NCBI GenBank assembly: GCA_964526445.1
Contig: CAZGIY010000002.1
Span: 1 to 52,270, forward strand
Source: an uncultured Candidatus Poseidoniales archaeon
Lineage (GTDB): Archaea; Thermoplasmatota; Poseidoniia; Poseidoniales; Poseidoniaceae
DNA length: 52,270 nt
Reading direction: 5' to 3'
The position numbers were made by a program, and so were the translations under genes. Under the pieces are notes generated by a model, which was given only the letters and a program-made list of their open reading frames with translations, was not told the DNA's origin and did not search any database. Below are positions 49,133 to 52,270 of this stretch, in pieces; positions within the stretch are counted from its first letter, which is position 1, and every line of letters begins with the position of its first letter.

Positions 49133-51435
49133 TGAGAAGAAAAGCAATTCTCATTCTAGCTATTTTTGGGGTTTCGATATTACTGGCCCCTCAGTTTCAG
49201 GCCTCTCCCGGCGGAATCGGTAGTTCAGTAGACGATAGCGGTTGTTTTTGTCACACCGAAGATAAAGGAACTGAAGTGAGCATTACTGGTCTGCCGGATT
49301 CTTTCAATGCTAGTACGGAATACACATTGACGCTTTCAGTTTCTAATTCAGATATCCCAGGTGCTTCCGAGAACAGCAACATGGGTGGTTTCAGATTGAT
49401 TATCGATGGCGGAATATTGTCGGGTTTTGATCAAACATTGATTCAAGTGATGGATGGAGGGTTAACTCATACTGAATTAGGTAATGACCTAAGGACTTGG
49501 GAAGTAGTTTGGACATCACCCGCTGATGATACCAAAGTGGTTGAATTCACATTCTGGGGCAATGCGGTTAATGGCAATGCAAATGGAGCCAATGGAAATT
49601 CAGGAGATGGATATAATGGTGCAACATACCAAGTTGCAGGTTTGAATGCTGGACCGATTGTGGAAGAGGTCGATGCAAAGCGCGCAATGGTCGTATTCCT
49701 TAGCGTAGTTTTGTTAGTACTGACTTTGATGGCACTCGCTACACTCTACGTCTTCTATTCCCGTAATCCCGAAGGATTCAGTATGGGTAATTTCTGGGAG
49801 TGGCTGAAGGGGTGGATGACAACTACAGATCACAAGGGTGTAGGTTTGTTGTACCTGAACTTTGGTCTACTGTTCTTCCTAGTCGGCGGATTATTGGCTC
49901 TATTGTTTAGAATCCAATTGGCGACACCAATGAATGATTTCCTGACTGAGCAGGAGTATAATTCCTACTTCACCTTACACGGCACTACAATGGTTTTCCT
50001 TGCTGCAATGCCGATGATTGCAGGATTTGCTAACTACATTGTACCCTTGCAGATTGGTGCTCAAGACCTTGCCTTCCCAAGAGTAAACGCTCTTGGATTC
50101 TGGCTATTGCCACCTGCAGCAATTCTGCTCTTTGCAGGCATATTCAGTGGTCAGGGTGGAGACATTACTTGGGTCATGTATCCACCATACTCCAGTTCAA
50201 CTGGAGGCGGCGATATGTCTGCCAATACAGGAACTACATTCTTCATCGCTGGAATGATCATGTTAGGAGCATCATCAACTCTCTCCGGTGTCAACTTCAT
50301 TACTACATTCCTGACTATGCGTGGGCATGGAGTCAGTTGGATGAAGATGCCATTGTTCTCTTGGAGTATTCTGATTTCGATGTTCATGCTATTCCTCTCT
50401 CTTCCAGCATTGGTGATTGGTGTAGTTATGCTATTCTTGGACCGCACCATCGGTTCGGTCTTCTTCGCAACCAATATTGGAGATCCGATACTCTTCCAAC
50501 ACTTGTTCTGGTTCTTCGGACATCCTGAAGTGTACGTTGTAATAGTTCCAGCCTTCGGTGTCGTGTCTGAAGTTCTAGCGACCAGCGCTAGAAGATCTAT
50601 ATTTGGATACAAATCGATGGTATATGCAATGGCAGGAATTGGAATTGTTGGTTTCATAGTTTGGGGACACCATATGTTGACTAGTGGAATGGACCCTCAA
50701 TTGAGATTTATTATGATGGCAACTACCATGTTAGTTGCGATACCCACTGGAATCAAGGTATTCAATTGGCTTGCTACTTTATGGGGAGGCTCATTAGTAT
50801 TCAAGACCCATACTTTGTGGGCTTTAGGATTCTTGATTACATTCACACTCGGTGGAATTTCGGGTATGTTCTTCCCTGTTGCAGGCCTTGATATGCACTT
50901 CCATGATACCTATTTCGTGGTCGCTCACTTCCACTATGTCTTCGTTGGAGGGGTTGTATTCGGCCTCTTCTCTGCCTTCTATTACTGGTACCCCAAGTGG
51001 ACTGGCAGAAAAATGAACGAGAAGTTGGGAATGTTGCACTTCCTTACCTCTTTCATTTCATACAATGCAGCCTTTTGGCCCATGCACCGTCTTGGAATCA
51101 TGGGAATGCCGCGCAGAACTCATTCCTATACCATAGATTCAGGATATGGAGATCTCAATTCTACCATTACCGTCTGGGCCATAATTTTCGGATTGTCGCA
51201 ATTGATTATGGTTTGGAATATGATTTACAGCCAGAAGCGTGGACAAGTCGCGGGTCCAGATCCGTGGGGAGGATGGTCTTTGGAGTGGTCAACCACTTCA
51301 CCACCTCCCACTCCTTCATTTGCAGAGATTCCAATACAGAGGGATGCAAATACCGAGGCTCACGAGGATGGTTGGTTTGTACGCGGTGTCAAACGCTTAT
51401 GGATGATTGGTGAGAAGAAGGAGGCGAAAGAATGA
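49129..51435 (+). CDS. coxA: Heme-copper oxidase subunit I fused to an N-terminal signal peptide, a ~165-aa extracellular domain and an extra TM
   Basis: The core motifs are 'TTDHKGVGLLYL', 'WFFGHPEVYVVIVPAFG', 'VWGHHM' and 'HDTYFVVAHFHYV'. The N-terminal 210 aa ('GCFCH...VSITGLPDSF...GGFRLII...WTSPADDTKVVEFTFWGNAVNGNANG') are not part of a canonical subunit I. Confidence 0.9.
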   Translation: MMRRKAILILAIFGVSILLAPQFQASPGGIGSSVDDSGCFCHTEDKGTEVSITGLPDSFNASTEYTLTLSVSNSDIPGASENSNMGGFRLIIDGGILSGFDQTLIQVMDGGLTHTELGNDLRTWEVVWTSPADDTKVVEFTFWGNAVNGNANGANGNSGDGYNGATYQVAGLNAGPIVEEVDAKRAMVVFLSVVLLVLTLMALATLYVFYSRNPEGFSMGNFWEWLKGWMTTTDHKGVGLLYLNFGLLFFLVGGLLALLFRIQLATPMNDFLTEQEYNSYFTLHGTTMVFLAAMPMIAGFANYIVPLQIGAQDLAFPRVNALGFWLLPPAAILLFAGIFSGQGGDITWVMYPPYSSSTGGGDMSANTGTTFFIAGMIMLGASSTLSGVNFITTFLTMRGHGVSWMKMPLFSWSILISMFMLFLSLPALVIGVVMLFLDRTIGSVFFATNIGDPILFQHLFWFFGHPEVYVVIVPAFGVVSEVLATSARRSIFGYKSMVYAMAGIGIVGFIVWGHHMLTSGMDPQLRFIMMATTMLVAIPTGIKVFNWLATLWGGSLVFKTHTLWALGFLITFTLGGISGMFFPVAGLDMHFHDTYFVVAHFHYVFVGGVVFGLFSAFYYWYPKWTGRKMNEKLGMLHFLTSFISYNAAFWPMHRLGIMGMPRRTHSYTIDSGYGDLNSTITVWAIIFGLSQLIMVWNMIYSQKRGQVAGPDPWGGWSLEWSTTSPPPTPSFAEIPIQRDANTEAHEDGWFVRGVKRLWMIGEKKEAKE

Positions 51436-52270
51436 GTGAAAACTCGCACCAAGAGAGCCCATGGATGGGCAGTTTTGGAATCGGCCTTCTACTAATGGGC
51501 TTAGCAACAGGAATACTGGCGGTTTCATTTATCGGCTACAAGGCTACACATGCCCATGCTCTTTGGACCGGCGGTAGAGTAGCGTTCATTTTGATAGCGT
51601 TCTATGGACTAATGGGAATCATTGCAGGATTAGTCAATAGTTCAGTTGAAGCAGGATCTGGAGATGATCATGACCATGGTCATGGAGACCACGATGATCA
51701 CGCGCACCACGGTTCTTTCTCACCGATTATCATGGGCGTCGGTATCATGATATTCCTATACGGTTTTGTCGAATCCTACATTCTATGCGCTGCAGGATTA
51801 TTGATTACATTCCTAGGAGTATTCAACTGGTGGAGAGAAGATTTTCCAAATGATGGTAAGCATGAGATGAAATCTCTTGGAAAGCCATTTGGAGGACAGG
51901 ATGTACGCAAAGTAGGTCTCTGGATATTCTTGATGTCAGAAACTATGGTGTTCGGTACATTCTTCAGTTCTTATCTCAGGATGCGAATGGGTTGGTCAAC
52001 CCACTGGAACGAGGAATGCAATTCATTAGGAGAAACCGGCAGTACTCTTCCTGCATGTTCAGATGGCTATGTAATCGTCGCATCAGAATATATCATCGAC
52101 AGTTTCTGGACGTTATTGCCAGGCGCTATCAACACCTTCGCGCTGATTCTTTCTTCTTACACTGTTGTTTTGGCACTTAAGTCGGCCAAGGCCAAGGTCT
52201 TCATTCCATCCAAGAACAAGTTTGTTCGCATGTGGATGCCGGATCGAAGGCGCGCTGTTCGGAACAACTT
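51432..52270 (+). CDS. coxC: Heme-copper oxidase subunit III-like protein with an N-terminal 4-TM extension (3' end outside window; absent from the ORF track)
   Basis: ATG at 51432 overlaps the coxA stop (ATGA). I translated 279 codons by hand to the window edge and found no stop. 'GLWIFLMSETMVFGTFFSSYL' and 'INTFALILSSYTVVLAL' match conserved subunit III helices. Confidence 0.75.
   Translation, partial: MSENSHQESPWMGSFGIGLLLMGLATGILAVSFIGYKATHAHALWTGGRVAFILIAFYGLMGIIAGLVNSSVEAGSGDDHDHGHGDHDDHAHHGSFSPIIMGVGIMIFLYGFVESYILCAAGLLITFLGVFNWWREDFPNDGKHEMKSLGKPFGGQDVRKVGLWIFLMSETMVFGTFFSSYLRMRMGWSTHWNEECNSLGETGSTLPACSDGYVIVASEYIIDSFWTLLPGAINTFALILSSYTVVLALKSAKAKVFIPSKNKFVRMWMPDRRRAVRNN

Overview
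This is a 52.3-kb, densely coding chromosomal segment with genes on both strands, and it reads as archaeal. The markers are an EF-1alpha/S10 pair, S8e, SRP19, Sec61-beta, a family-B DNA polymerase, a GINS-like protein, a XerA-type recombinase, an Lrp/AsnC regulator, a small Toprim protein and an archaeal-type pantoate kinase (truncated at the 5' edge). A heme-copper oxidase operon (coxB-coxA-coxC) lies at the 3' end. Together with very large Ca-binding, sequon-rich surface proteins, this suggests an aerobic planktonic euryarchaeote, possibly Marine Group II/III-like (inference only). I call about 44 protein genes, one frameshifted pseudogene and one tRNA-Leu(CAA). By eye I saw no rRNA, CRISPR array, cas1/cas2, transposase or IS element. 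Many maximal ORFs in the track begin with TTG/GTG extensions, so I moved starts to in-frame ATGs where signal peptides, GGAG-like motifs or neighbouring stops supported it. All starts remain provisional. The items most worth a second look are: (1) a Cas4/RecB-type Fe-S nuclease split by a four-helix membrane insertion, with no CRISPR context (28676-29821). (2) A compact NB-ARC/STAND NTPase with an N-terminal wHTH, embedded in a 14-kb island of three giant surface proteins plus a tRNA (1858-16273). (3) A CDIN1/TPD-motif-like PD-(D/E)XK protein (691-1749). (4) A three-gene membrane cluster containing a cytoplasmic SAP motif and a small protein with a ParB-like LGRGL N-terminal peptide (33066-36791). 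(5) A cox operon whose subunit I carries an N-terminal extracellular domain, whose subunit II has a large cupredoxin insertion, and whose subunit III is missing from the ORF track and has a 4-TM, His-rich extension. All function calls rest on motif recognition by eye. No database search was run.
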